A DNA stretch of 51,379 bases from Candidatus Hadarchaeota archaeon (GTDB taxonomy: Archaea > Hadarchaeota > Hadarchaeia > Hadarchaeales > JAWBSP01): assembly GCA_964474885.1 (NCBI GenBank), contig CAYYWO010000001.1:1-51379 (forward strand), written 5' to 3'. Of this stretch, positions 18,586 through 28,468 are shown piece by piece. Both the position numbers and the translations under genes were made by a program. The notes beneath the pieces are model-generated. The model searched no databases. It saw only the letters and a program-made list of their open reading frames with translations, and was not told where the DNA came from. Numbering within the stretch: position 1 is the stretch's first letter; every line of letters starts with the position of its first letter.

Positions 18586-19464
18586 TCACAAGACACCCAA
18601 ATCCTTCAGAACCTGACGTAACTTCTCCCGGTTTTGTGGACTGATTTCGACGAGTGGCAACCTGGGTCCCCCAGCGGGTAAGCCCATCATCTGCATGGCG
18701 GCTTTGACAGGAATCGGGTTCGTTTCTACGAACAGTACTTGGAATAGGGGGGAGAGCCGATGGTGGAGTTCTCTTGCCTCCTCTACCTTGCCCTGTCTGA
18801 ATGCTCTTACCATTTCGACCACCATCTTGGGCACCACGTTCGAGGCTACGGAGACGACTCCGACTCCTCCCAGAGCCAGAATAGGTAGGGTCTGGTTGTC
18901 GTTTCCAGACAGGACCGCAAAATCGAGACCCCTCGTGAGCCTGATGACTTCAGAAGCTTGGTCTACCGTGCTCGCCTCCTTTATTCCCTTGATATTCTTG
19001 AGGCCGGCCAGCCTGGCGACGGTTTGTGGGAGCAAGTTAACACCTGTGCGGGAGGGGACGTTATACAGAAACTGGGGGAGGTCGACCTCCTCAGCTATCT
19101 TGCGGAAGTGCTGGTACAGCCCCTCTTGGGTGGGTTTATTGTAGTAGGGAACCACAAGCAAAGCAGCATCGGCCCCGGCTCTCTTGGCGAACTCAGTGAG
19201 CATCAGGGCCTCATGGGTTGAGTTACTTCCGGTACCCGCCATCACAGGGATCCTCCCTTTGACCTCCTCAACTACGATCTCGATCACTCGTTCGTGTTCT
19301 TCATACGTTAGCGTGGCACATTCTCCCGTCGTTCCAACTGGTACGAGCCCATCTACCCCCGATTGGAGCTGGAACCTGACCAGTTCCCTCAATCCCTCCT
19401 CATCCAGCTTTCCGTCGGCCTTAAATGGTGTTACGAGTGCCGTGAAAACCCCTTCGAACCTCAT
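18586..19464 (-). CDS. dapA: 4-hydroxy-tetrahydrodipicolinate synthase
   Basis: GTTGE, VPYYNKP, YNVPSRTG, GIKEAS, ETNPIPVK. Confidence 0.96.
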   Translation of the reverse strand: MRFEGVFTALVTPFKADGKLDEEGLRELVRFQLQSGVDGLVPVGTTGECATLTYEEHERVIEIVVEEVKGRIPVMAGTGSNSTHEALMLTEFAKRAGADAALLVVPYYNKPTQEGLYQHFRKIAEEVDLPQFLYNVPSRTGVNLLPQTVARLAGLKNIKGIKEASTVDQASEVIRLTRGLDFAVLSGNDNQTLPILALGGVGVVSVASNVVPKMVVEMVRAFRQGKVEEARELHHRLSPLFQVLFVETNPIPVKAAMQMMGLPAGGPRLPLVEISPQNREKLRQVLKDLGVL

Positions 19465-20690
19465 TGGTCGAGCCGCTCCATGACCTTTTTTAGGATCTCG
19501 AATGCCCTGTTTCTGTTCTGCCAATCTATCAGGAAGCTTATGGATGCCCTGCTCGTCATCATTTCCGCTATGTTTATCCCTTCTTCAGCAAGGGGAGTTG
19601 TGAGTTTGGCGATCATGCCGGGTGTGTCTATGAACTTCTCGCTCTCGCAAACAATCAATGCCATTTCTCCCGCGCTTGTAACCGATTTCATGTGCGCATC
19701 CGATTTCACGACCTCGTGCAGAGCCTTCAAGCTTCTGTCCTCGTCCTCCTTCGCAACGTAAAGAGAGAAGGAGCGAGGACCAATAGACACACCGAAGATG
19801 TTCACACCCAGCTGGCTGAGCGGACCAACGGTTCTATATAGGATGCCGGGTGTAGTCTGCATATCCTCACCAACTATGGTAATCATCACTAGAGGGCTTG
19901 GATGCATCCTTATCGCGGACGGAGCTTCATGTGGCCCCATTATTTCGGTTCCTCTGGCCTTCAAATCTCCATGCTTGTAGCTGATAATTTTAGCCTTGAT
20001 GTGGGGGTCTTTGAAGTCCAGGGCCCTAGGGTGCATCTTCCCCATGCCATATCTAGCGAGATCCCTCAGCTCTTCTACAGTTACCTCGGGTAACAGCTGG
20101 GGGTTGTCAACTTTCCTCGGATCGGCACTCAAGATGCCGTCGACATCCGTCACAAGGATGGTTTCATCTGCTCTTAAGCACTTGCTCAGCACGAAGGCAG
20201 TTATGTCGCTTCCCCCTCTCCCCAGCGTTCGGAGTCTGTTGCTTCTGTCCTTCCCCAAAAAACCGCAAACGACAGGGATCTCCCCCCGCTGTATGATCGG
20301 CAGCAGGAGTTGCTTCACTTTTTCTTCAGTAGCCTGAAGATCCACTCTTGCATTTCCTGGTGTTCCATCAGTGACCACGGGCCATTCCGGTTTTTCAGGT
20401 GTTATGGCTCGGGCTTTCAAACCCGAGCTCCTCAGGGCCGCGGCCAGAATCCTGGCTGACAGTATCTCGCCCACGCTTACGATCTCATCCAGCTCCTCTT
20501 GGCTTACCTTCCCCCTCGTGGCCTCTTGGGCGTACCGAATCAATTCGTCGGTTGTATCCCCCATGGCTGAGGCGACAACGAGGATTCTCTCTCCTTCCTC
20601 GCTGGCCTTAGCTATCATCCTGGCGGCATGCCGTACAAGCTCAGGATTCCTCAGGCTTGATCCGCCGAACTTTACGACCTTCAAAGCCAT
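19461..20690 (-). CDS. lysC: Aspartate kinase
   Basis: KFGGSS, TLGRGGSD, DVDGILSADP, two ACT-like domains. Confidence 0.93.
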   Translation of the reverse strand: MALKVVKFGGSSLRNPELVRHAARMIAKASEEGERILVVASAMGDTTDELIRYAQEATRGKVSQEELDEIVSVGEILSARILAAALRSSGLKARAITPEKPEWPVVTDGTPGNARVDLQATEEKVKQLLLPIIQRGEIPVVCGFLGKDRSNRLRTLGRGGSDITAFVLSKCLRADETILVTDVDGILSADPRKVDNPQLLPEVTVEELRDLARYGMGKMHPRALDFKDPHIKAKIISYKHGDLKARGTEIMGPHEAPSAIRMHPSPLVMITIVGEDMQTTPGILYRTVGPLSQLGVNIFGVSIGPRSFSLYVAKEDEDRSLKALHEVVKSDAHMKSVTSAGEMALIVCESEKFIDTPGMIAKLTTPLAEEGINIAEMMTSRASISFLIDWQNRNRAFEILKKVMERLDQ

Positions 20691-21976
20691 GGGGGGATGC
20701 TGTCGAATTGGATGATGTCTTCTGGTTCTTCCCGTCTCCGTATCAGGGCGACACCCTTGTCTGAGACCAGAACCATGGCTGGCCTTCCGTGACCGGTGTG
20801 CTGACTGGACATGGAGATTCCGTAAGCCCCCACGTCGAAGATGGCCACTACATCGCCTGGTTTCGGCTTCGGGAGTTTTCTTTTGTTTCCGAGGATGTCA
20901 GAGGTCTCACAAAGCGGCCCGGCCACGTTAACCTCATGGTCATGGGGGTCATTCATTCTGTTGGCAAGTTCCATGTGGTGGTAAGAACCATACAACGCCG
21001 GTCTGATGAGCACGTTCATCCCTGCGTCAACGTAAACCCAGGGAGGCATCCAAGATCTCTCCTTGCAGGCACCCACCCGGGTCAGGAGAACTCCTGCATC
21101 TGCCACCAGATACCTACCAGGTTCTAAGACGAGGATGGGGAGGGGAACCGAATGCTTTTCCAGTGTGTTCTTGATCTCCCTTATTACACCTTGGGCGATC
21201 TCCTCTAGAGGTGCAGGTTTTTCGTCAGGTTGATACGGCACCCCGATACCTCCACCCAAATCCAACATCTCGACGGGGGCAAACTTACGCAGTTCAGCAT
21301 AAAATTCAGCCAATTTCCTCGCTTCCTCTATAAAAGGCTCGGCCTCTAGAATCTGAGATCCTATGTGGCAGTGCACGCACTCGAGCTTCACCTTTCCAGA
21401 CTTTGCTGCCTCCCTGTAGGCTTCAAGAGCCTCCCCAGACTCGAGATCCAGCCCGAATTTGCTCTCCCTGGCTCCCGCAACGATGTAAGGATGCGTTGAG
21501 GGTCTTATGTTCGGGTTAATCCTGAAACCAATCCTGGCTTTTTTTCCCGTCTTCTCCAATATACCGAGTAACCTACGAAACTCGTCCAAACTATCCAAGT
21601 TGATCAAGATGCCATTCTCCACGGCTTCGGTCAGCTCCTCGTCGGACTTGTTTGGCCCGTTGAAGACGATCTTTTCAGGGGGTACTCCGACTTTCAATGC
21701 GATCCGCAACTCGGTCAGCGATGCCACATCTGCACCCGCTCCTTCCTGCTGTAAGATCTTGCAGATGGCGAGATTGTTGTTCGCCTTGTAGGCATAGCAG
21801 ATGAGCAGTTTCGGCCAGCCTGAAAAGGCTTTCTTGAGTTTCCGGAAGTTTTCCCTTATCCTCACCTCGTCCATGACGTAGAGCGGAGTGCCGAACTTCT
21901 CGACCAGATCCAAGGCATCGTGGCCCCTCACCACCAAGTGTCCCCTGTCGTTTACGGAAAAGTGAGGCTTCAGCAC
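20681..21976 (-). CDS. lysA: Diaminopimelate decarboxylase
   Basis: FGTPLYV, YAYKAN, SKFG, HCHIGSQ, EPGR, GPLCE. Confidence 0.95.
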   Translation of the reverse strand: MLKPHFSVNDRGHLVVRGHDALDLVEKFGTPLYVMDEVRIRENFRKLKKAFSGWPKLLICYAYKANNNLAICKILQQEGAGADVASLTELRIALKVGVPPEKIVFNGPNKSDEELTEAVENGILINLDSLDEFRRLLGILEKTGKKARIGFRINPNIRPSTHPYIVAGARESKFGLDLESGEALEAYREAAKSGKVKLECVHCHIGSQILEAEPFIEEARKLAEFYAELRKFAPVEMLDLGGGIGVPYQPDEKPAPLEEIAQGVIREIKNTLEKHSVPLPILVLEPGRYLVADAGVLLTRVGACKERSWMPPWVYVDAGMNVLIRPALYGSYHHMELANRMNDPHDHEVNVAGPLCETSDILGNKRKLPKPKPGDVVAIFDVGAYGISMSSQHTGHGRPAMVLVSDKGVALIRRREEPEDIIQFDSIPPWL

Positions 21977-23301
21977 TTTCTACTTACCTCTCTTACGGCC
22001 TCTTCCAGCAGGTCCAGTCCCAGCTCGAGTTCCTCGGTCTTGATGATCAGCGGCGGGGCAATCCTGATGGTGCAGTTTCCACCTCTGAAGACGAGCACCC
22101 CGCGCTTCAGAGCCTCTCTGATGACAAGTTCCCTCTGCTCAAGGCCCGGGATCTTTTTCTCATCCTTGATGAACTCGATAGCTATCATGAGCCCTTTCCC
22201 CCGCACGTCCCCCACTATCTTGTACCGATCCACCCACCCTTTAAGTCTCGTCATGGCTCGTCTCCCTAGCTCGGCAGCCCTCTCAGCCAGCCTTTCTCTT
22301 TCCAGTAAGTTCAACCCAGCCAGCGCGGCTGCGCAGGCCAGAGCATTACCTCCAAAGGTATTTGCGTGGGCACCCTCCGTCCAGTCCATGACCTCCTCAC
22401 TGCCTATGAGTGCGCCTATTGGTACCATGCCCCCACTAAGTGCTTTGGCGACGCAGATGAGATCGGGTACGACCCCCCAGTGTTCGATCGCGAAATTTTT
22501 TCCGGTTCTGCCGAGTCCTGCTTGGACCTCGTCGTCAATGAAGACCCAGCCGTGTTTGTTGCAGAGTTCTTTCACCATTGGGAAAAATTCGGGTGGGGGC
22601 ACTATGTAGCCAGAGGTTCCCTGAATGGGTTCAGTTATGATGGCCCCCACGTCTGTAGGGGAAACAGTGGTGCGGAGCATTCTCTTCAAGTACTCAACGC
22701 AGAGGAAGTCGCAGCCAGGATATTTCTGACCAAATGGGCACCTGAAGCAGTACGGGAATGGGGCGAAGTAAACGCACGGTAGGAGGGGCTCGAACCTCTC
22801 CCTATAAACGTTGCTGGAGCCGGTAACGCTGAGTGCGCCTAGTGTCCTGCCGTGAAAGGAACCCAGAAAGGAGATGATGCCCGGTCTCCTTGTGTGCCAC
22901 CTTGCGCACTTCAGCGCAGCCTCAACAGATTCCGCCCCACTGTTGCAGAAGAACACCTTTTTCTTGAAGCTTCCCGGCGTGAGCTTGGAGAGTCTCTCGG
23001 CTAGCTCGACTTGGAGGGGATGGTAGAAGTCTGTTCCGGGCACGTGACCCAGCTTCTCCGCCTGCTTTTTGACCGCCTCAACGATTTCTGGGTGACAGTA
23101 ACCGTAGTTGAGAACGAACATTCCAGCGGAAAGATCGAGGAAGGTGTTCCCGTCCACGTCGATGAGGTAACACCCCGAGCCGTGGGACCAGACGAGGGGG
23201 TCCTGCCTAGTGCAGGAGGGAGAAATGACATGCTCGTCTCTGGAGATCCATCCCCTTCCTCTAGGACCAGGGATTTCAGTTTTCACATTAGGTTTTAGCA
23301 T
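21970..23301 (-). CDS. Class III PLP aminotransferase (GABA/ornithine aminotransferase-like)
   Basis: NSGAESVE, FHGRT, EPIQG, DEVQAGLGRTG, AKALSGG, TFGGN. Confidence 0.9.
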   Translation of the reverse strand: MLKPNVKTEIPGPRGRGWISRDEHVISPSCTRQDPLVWSHGSGCYLIDVDGNTFLDLSAGMFVLNYGYCHPEIVEAVKKQAEKLGHVPGTDFYHPLQVELAERLSKLTPGSFKKKVFFCNSGAESVEAALKCARWHTRRPGIISFLGSFHGRTLGALSVTGSSNVYRERFEPLLPCVYFAPFPYCFRCPFGQKYPGCDFLCVEYLKRMLRTTVSPTDVGAIITEPIQGTSGYIVPPPEFFPMVKELCNKHGWVFIDDEVQAGLGRTGKNFAIEHWGVVPDLICVAKALSGGMVPIGALIGSEEVMDWTEGAHANTFGGNALACAAALAGLNLLERERLAERAAELGRRAMTRLKGWVDRYKIVGDVRGKGLMIAIEFIKDEKKIPGLEQRELVIREALKRGVLVFRGGNCTIRIAPPLIIKTEELELGLDLLEEAVREVSRKC

Positions 23302-23489
23302 GAAATATTCTCTTATGCTAAGCATTTAACGGTTTGACAAGAACCTTCAAGTAAGGTTTATGCAGTGAAGAGGAGTTGGTTCCTCAAAAGGCTGCTAGCG
23401 ACCTGCCTCTGAAACCCCGAGGACCTTAGCTGCATTGCAAAAGCTTTCTGTCCGTGTAATCAGAAGCCCTAGAACTGGGGTCCGCGGGC

Positions 23490-24701
23490 TCACGCGCCAA
23501 ATTTCTTGAGCTTTCCCATGAGATTCAGCAGGAGGGGAAGGAGATCCCTGCCCCTGATGACGCCCAGACCCCCCTTGGCGCAACTTCTCTCGTCAAATCT
23601 TTGTATGTCATCCTTTCTCACGCCCGGACCGCAAATGGCAACCGGCACGGCATCCCCGGAGTGCTCGCCCAGCTCTATCGGCGTTGTGTGGTCTATTGCC
23701 AGAACTAAAAAATCGGCTTTGTCAAGGAGTTCTGCGAGATGCTTGTCGACCTGTTCTATGAAGTTCTTCTTCTCTTGTGCCTTTCTATCATGGCTGAGTT
23801 CGTCGAAGGCCTTTATGTGCAGGAGGACGAGATCGTGCCGTTGCAGGGCATCTATGGTAGCAAAGATCTTCCCCTTGAGGTTCGTCCTGACATTTCCGGT
23901 AGCCCCTTCCACCTCTATCACTTCCATCCCAGCCAGCTTGCACACACCCTTCACCAAGGCAGCGGCCGCGACGCAGGCCCCACTTATGCCGTACTTCTGC
24001 TGAATAGGCTCTAGGTAGGGAACCACACCGGCCCCGCGGAGAAGGAGGATGTTGGCAGGAGGTATGCCTTTGCTAGCTCTCTCCAAGTTTTCGGGATGGT
24101 TGGCTAGGGTCTTCCTGACCTTCTGTGTAAACATGTTCACGATTTTGGCAGTTTTTCTGGCAGCAGCTGTCTGGTTCAGTGGCTTACAAGGCTGGACGGG
24201 TTTGCCCGTTTCATGGGGGTCAGTATCGCTCACGGCGGCCGAGAGACCGCGTCCCCGCAGTACAAAAGCCGCCCGGTGCCCAACAGTATTCTTGAAGAGA
24301 AACTTCACCGGTAACTTGATCTTTCTTACGGCATCCTCGATCCTCTGCGTTGGAGGGACTCTACCCGCTCTCCTGTCGATGATAAGGCCTCCTTTGTCGA
24401 GGGTTGCGTAGTTCGCCCGGAAAGCGACGTCCCCAGGTCTCAGCTCCAGACCAGCCCCAGCAGCCTCGAATGGCCCCCTCCCCGTGTAGACTTGATAGGG
24501 ATCGTAGCCCAGGAGGGCGAGATGGGCAGTGTCGCTCCCGGGTGGGATGCCGGGATCCAGTGCGTACATGAGCCCGCAGATGCCCTCTCGTGCTATTAAA
24601 TCCATGGTGGGTTTCTCGGCTGCCTCCAGCGGTGTGAGGTTACCCAAAGCAGGTACGGGCCTATCGGCCATCCCGTCGCAAATTATCAAAACTGCCTTCA
24701 T
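23490..24701 (-). CDS. apgM: 2,3-bisphosphoglycerate-independent phosphoglycerate mutase
   Basis: DGMADRP, TPLEAA, PGSDTAH, GRGPFEA, DRRAGR, DHTTP. Confidence 0.93.
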   Translation of the reverse strand: MKAVLIICDGMADRPVPALGNLTPLEAAEKPTMDLIAREGICGLMYALDPGIPPGSDTAHLALLGYDPYQVYTGRGPFEAAGAGLELRPGDVAFRANYATLDKGGLIIDRRAGRVPPTQRIEDAVRKIKLPVKFLFKNTVGHRAAFVLRGRGLSAAVSDTDPHETGKPVQPCKPLNQTAAARKTAKIVNMFTQKVRKTLANHPENLERASKGIPPANILLLRGAGVVPYLEPIQQKYGISGACVAAAALVKGVCKLAGMEVIEVEGATGNVRTNLKGKIFATIDALQRHDLVLLHIKAFDELSHDRKAQEKKNFIEQVDKHLAELLDKADFLVLAIDHTTPIELGEHSGDAVPVAICGPGVRKDDIQRFDERSCAKGGLGVIRGRDLLPLLLNLMGKLKKFGA

Positions 24702-25180
24702 TTTCTCGCTCTCATGGATCCTTTTATTTTTGGCGCCAGTTCGTTTGTCTGGAGTTCTATGACATCCCCCAGCCGCTTGACGGGCCAAACCCAGGCCCCA
24801 TTGACCTTCCGCACACCCTTGCGTTCCAGCTCCCGCTTGAGCTCCTCCCGCTTCCGCTCAAGATAACGCTCCGGGTCGAAGAGGATGACTCCCTCTATTA
24901 CGGCGTCCAGCAGGTAGCCCGCCTTCGAGGCGAGCTGCTCCTCGGACTCCTCGGGCGTCATCCACACGCTCTGAAAGATGGACGGGGAGTCCTCTATCCG
25001 CCTCACGAGCTCGGCACGCTCCCAGAGATCAGGCGGGAGCCCCCTACACACCACCACCAAGTCCACGTCACTTTTCGGGAAGGGGAAGGCCTGGCCCCGT
25101 GCGACCGAGCCGAAGAGGATCACACCCACCAGCCCCTCTACTCCACGCACGCGCCGCAGGTACTCTTCGATCGCCTGCAC
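24698..25180 (-). CDS. Minimal nucleotidyltransferase (MNT) antitoxin-like protein
   Basis: LFGSVARG..SDVDLVVV. Start uncertain. Confidence 0.8.
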   Translation of the reverse strand: MQAIEEYLRRVRGVEGLVGVILFGSVARGQAFPFPKSDVDLVVVCRGLPPDLWERAELVRRIEDSPSIFQSVWMTPEESEEQLASKAGYLLDAVIEGVILFDPERYLERKREELKRELERKGVRKVNGAWVWPVKRLGDVIELQTNELAPKIKGSMRARK

Positions 25181-25189
25181 GTAGCGCCT

Positions 25190-25626
25190 ATCCAGCCTCC
25201 CGAGCCCTCCACAATTCTAACCACCTCTCGGGCGTTCTCCAGCAGCAGCTTGGCGCGTGCCTCGTCGTAGATCTCTGATGGGGGCATGATCCGTTCCTTG
25301 GGTTTCCCATCCGTAGCGGGGGAACTCGCGCTGACTCTCTAGAACCGCGGAGAGCCCGACCACTCTCTCAGTAGCGCACCTGCTCCTCGGATAGCTCGTA
25401 CCTCCCGCGGAGCAAACGTGTCTTTATCTCGAAGGATGGGAAGTGGGTCTTTCCAGCTTCTATCCCGAAAATCGTCAGGAGGGCCTTGCAGGCCTTCTCT
25501 GCAGCCTGCTGGGAGTGGAAAACCGCGCTCGGGTACCTCGCGTGGTCGAATGCTATCTCGGCATCCTCCAGATCCTGCCTGGCCATTTTCCAGCCACGCT
25601 CTTGCCTTTTCCAAGTTCTTCATCAA
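25190..25626 (-). pseudogene. HEPN-domain gene, frameshifted
   Basis: MKNLEKARAWL / MARQDLEDAE..FHSQQAAEKACKA..KTH / PRY..EIYDEARAK..AREVV are split over different frames. Confidence 0.75.
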
Positions 25627-25687
25627 ACCCTCCCGCCGTGCGGTAAAATCCGAGGTCCGATAGAAAACGGCAAACCGATTTCTTAAT

Positions 25688-25762
25688 GGGCCCGTGATCC
25701 AGCCAGGACAGGATGCCCGGCTTCGGACCGGGTAGTCGTGGGTTCAAATCCCACCGGGCCCA
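25688..25762 (+). tRNA. tRNA-Arg (TCG)
   Basis: GGGCCCG acceptor; CCCGG-CTTCGGA-CCGGG anticodon arm; GTGGG-TTCAAAT-CCCAC T arm. Confidence 0.94.
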
Positions 25763-25765
25763 CTT

Positions 25766-25839
25766 GGGCCGGTAGTCTAGCCAGGACAGGACGCGGGCCT
25801 CCGGAGCCTGTAGCCCGGGTTCAAATCCCGGCCGGCCCG
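25766..25839 (+). tRNA. tRNA-Arg (CCG)
   Basis: GGGCCGG acceptor; CGGGC-CTCCGGA-GCCTG anticodon arm; CCGGG-TTCAAAT-CCCGG T arm; 3 nt after the first tRNA. Confidence 0.94.
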
Positions 25840-25857
25840 CTGGTCGGAACTGTTAAG

Positions 25858-26260
25858 ATGGAGGCGCCAGTGTTCTTGATGGAAGCCGAACTCTGCTGGG
25901 CGATCGAAAGCACGTGCAGGCGTGCTGGATGTGAGTACGCAATTCTCTTCGGATCTAGTGCCAGGGGGGAACGGGAGTACAGCGACATAGACTTGGCCGT
26001 GAAGTTCAGCACAGATCCGACAAGGCTGGCCTCGCGGCTCGCCATGGAGCTGGAGGAAAAACTGGAAGGAGGGTGACCTAGCCGACAGCATCCTAATTCG
26101 AGATCTTCTGGCTGGGAGGCTTGTGTACTGCAAGAATCGCGAGAGCTATTCGGATGACCGCCTGAACGCGCTCGACGAGTACCTCGATTTTGCACCCCGC
26201 TTTGAGAGGGTTTTCCGCATGAGCCAAGGAGGGGATAAAGAGTGCCGCCGCCGGGGATAA
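25858..26260 (+). pseudogene. MNT nucleotidyltransferase, frameshifted
   Basis: ILFGSSARG..SDIDLAV stops at 26076. The continuation (GRLVYCKNRE..DEYLDFAP) is in another frame. Confidence 0.7.
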
Positions 26261-26669
26261 AGGCTATGGTCGAGCGGTTCTGGAGGGCGGTCCGAGGCTG
26301 GAGGCACGGCCAAGCTAACTCCAGAGGATTCAAGGGATGAGAACGCAGTGGATGGCCGAGCGGAACTTCCAAGTTGCAGCCGAGGCCCTAGGATGTGGGG
26401 GAGTTCGTTATCTCGGAGCGGGGATGGGAGGCGCCCAAGTCTTACCGCGAGGTTGGACGGATTCTCGGGGAAAAGGGAATTTTCGGGCACGGACAGACCG
26501 AATCCTTCGAGGAGTTCGTGGGCCTGAGGCACGTAAGTTCACAATTACGTGTACATCGACCCCCTCCGGTTTCACGAGATGGCTAGGAACTCCAAGCAAG
26601 AAGCTGGCGGATCTCATGAATGTTTTGTTGGAGTACCTGCATAGGGCCGGAATAGATCCGCGAGGTTAA
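26260..26669 (+). pseudogene. HEPN/DUF86 (HepT-like) gene, frameshifted
   Basis: AERNFQVAAEA / GEFVISERGWEAPKSYREVGRILGEKGI..VGLR / HNYVYID occur in different frames. Confidence 0.72.
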
Positions 26670-26766
26670 GGGTTGAGCACCCATACTGGAAATGCAGGTA
26701 TGAAGTGCACGAGATTTTCTAATAGGGCTTCCCTCTCTATGCTAGCCTGTCCAGTAATTCGTTAGC

Positions 26767-28083
26767 TCACGTACAGCTTTCGTGGGGCCTGGCGCTCCAG
26801 ATGGCGGATGCGAGGAAGAGCGGCAGGTTCTCTTTTGAGAGAACAAAGACCTTTTTGAGATGCTTGGGCTTCTTCCAGCTCTTAGCCCCCCACTTGACTT
26901 CGAACCCGACTTGCCTTCGTCCTGCGAGTACCACGGCATCGACCTCGCTACCGTCCTTCCAGAAGTAAGTATCGAAGACTCTGGTGAGATGGGAAACCAC
27001 AACGGATTCGACCACCATTTCCTCCGGAGCCTCCTCCCCCGTGTAGTAGGAAAACACACGGTACAGGAAGGGATCCATTAGGTGGACTTTCTTGTTCTTT
27101 CTATACAAGATTTTAAAATCAGGTCCGATGAGGTTCAGAACCTTCGCGACTAAGAGATTCTCGAGGCACTCGACATAGGCTTGGGCCGTGTGGGGAGAAC
27201 CGATCGAGGTTTCTCTGGCAACTCCCAGCCAACTCAGGGGGGACAGCCTCGCTCTCAAGATGTAGCTCAGTATCCCTTTCATGTATGCGTCACTCTTCCC
27301 ACTCTTCCTCCAGTCGCTTCTAAGCCACTCCAGACAGGCTTTCTTGGACTCCGTGGAAACCCTTCCATCCGTTAGGAGTTCCCTTACGGGGACCGGGAAT
27401 CCTCCGCTCTTCAGATAGCGTTCAAAGAGCCGAGAGATTTTAGATGCGTAGGGCGCATTGGCTCTAACACATCTCATCACTGCATCGAGGTCGGCGGCAG
27501 GAGCGCGCCTGATATCCAACCTGCCCAGTTTCTGCACGTACTCTCCAAAGTCCAGCGGGAAGAGGTACAGGTCCTGCCCATGGCCTCTCCTCCCGGGAAA
27601 CCTCTCCTTCTGTGCCAAGAGTTCGATGCTGGAAGAACCCGTGATGACCAGCACATCCCGGCGGAAGATCCCCCGGTCTATTCTGGACTTGATAGCCCGC
27701 CACCACTCCTCCACGAACGTTATTTCGTCCAGAAACATAACGGAACTCTTTATTCCCCACTCTTCCCGTGCTGCTAGGTAGTTATCCATGATTTCTCCGA
27801 GCTCGCGATAGTCGGAGAGTTCGTCGCAGGAATAGTAGAATACCGATTTCGGGTTTCTGTCTCTTATCAGATTTTGAATGAGTATTTTTAATGTGGTAGT
27901 TTTCCCGACCTGCCGTGGTCCTACGAGAAAATTGAGTGAAAAGGGCTCCAATGGAATGTGATCTATGATGCTTGGAACCCACTTTATCCTGTACTGCTTC
28001 CACCGCTCGTAAGTGTAATCCTCCTCACCGGCCCACCAAGGATTTTGTTCATAATTGCAAATGATATTTAGATGTATTTGCAA
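26767..28083 (-). CDS. AAA_14 / DUF4143 ATP-binding protein (start uncertain)
   Basis: QNPWW, GPRQVGKTT, FLDEIT, TGSSS, SGGFP, KVHLMDP, EVDAV, FEVKW. Confidence 0.88.
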   Translation of the reverse strand: MQIHLNIICNYEQNPWWAGEEDYTYERWKQYRIKWVPSIIDHIPLEPFSLNFLVGPRQVGKTTTLKILIQNLIRDRNPKSVFYYSCDELSDYRELGEIMDNYLAAREEWGIKSSVMFLDEITFVEEWWRAIKSRIDRGIFRRDVLVITGSSSIELLAQKERFPGRRGHGQDLYLFPLDFGEYVQKLGRLDIRRAPAADLDAVMRCVRANAPYASKISRLFERYLKSGGFPVPVRELLTDGRVSTESKKACLEWLRSDWRKSGKSDAYMKGILSYILRARLSPLSWLGVARETSIGSPHTAQAYVECLENLLVAKVLNLIGPDFKILYRKNKKVHLMDPFLYRVFSYYTGEEAPEEMVVESVVVSHLTRVFDTYFWKDGSEVDAVVLAGRRQVGFEVKWGAKSWKKPKHLKKVFVLSKENLPLFLASAIWSARPHESCT

Positions 28084-28246
28084 TAATTTTGCAACAAAAA
28101 CCTTGGGGGATGTCGTTGCAACGTGTCATGTTGTTCTGGTTGGAGTATGGCCTTTTGGCAGAATAAATAATTGGAGGTGCTGAGCTAGGTTTGAAAGGAA
28201 CTCCGGCAGCGTTCTAAGACTTTAACAGCGGGGAAGCAGAGTGGTG

Positions 28247-28468
28247 ATGGCCAGGGTCTCGAGGAAAGAGGTGATCGAGTACCTGAGATCAAAGGGAGGG
28301 TCGGCAACGGTCGATGAGATGAGGGCAGACAATTTTGGTGATGTCGGAAGAGGCTGGGATACCATCAGGTTGTTGCAGAAGCTCAGGCAGGAAGGCATCC
28401 TCGAGAGGGAGATAGAGCACACACCCGAAAGGCAGACGATCATCCGCTGGCTTCTCAAAAGAAGGTGA
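28247..28468 (+). CDS. Small winged-helix-like protein
   Basis: VIEYLRSKGGSATVDEM...LLQKLRQEGILER; GTGA overlap with the next gene. Confidence 0.65.
   Translation: MARVSRKEVIEYLRSKGGSATVDEMRADNFGDVGRGWDTIRLLQKLRQEGILEREIEHTPERQTIIRWLLKRR

Noticed and set aside
23326-23489. Lysine riboswitch or leader peptide upstream of the lys operon
   Set aside because: No L-box consensus, and the short ORF there is not Lys-rich.
25190-26669. Programmed frameshifting or stop read-through in the HEPN/MNT genes
   Set aside because: Multiple lesions occur in both HEPN genes, with no slippery-site or stimulator pattern. Decay is the simpler explanation.
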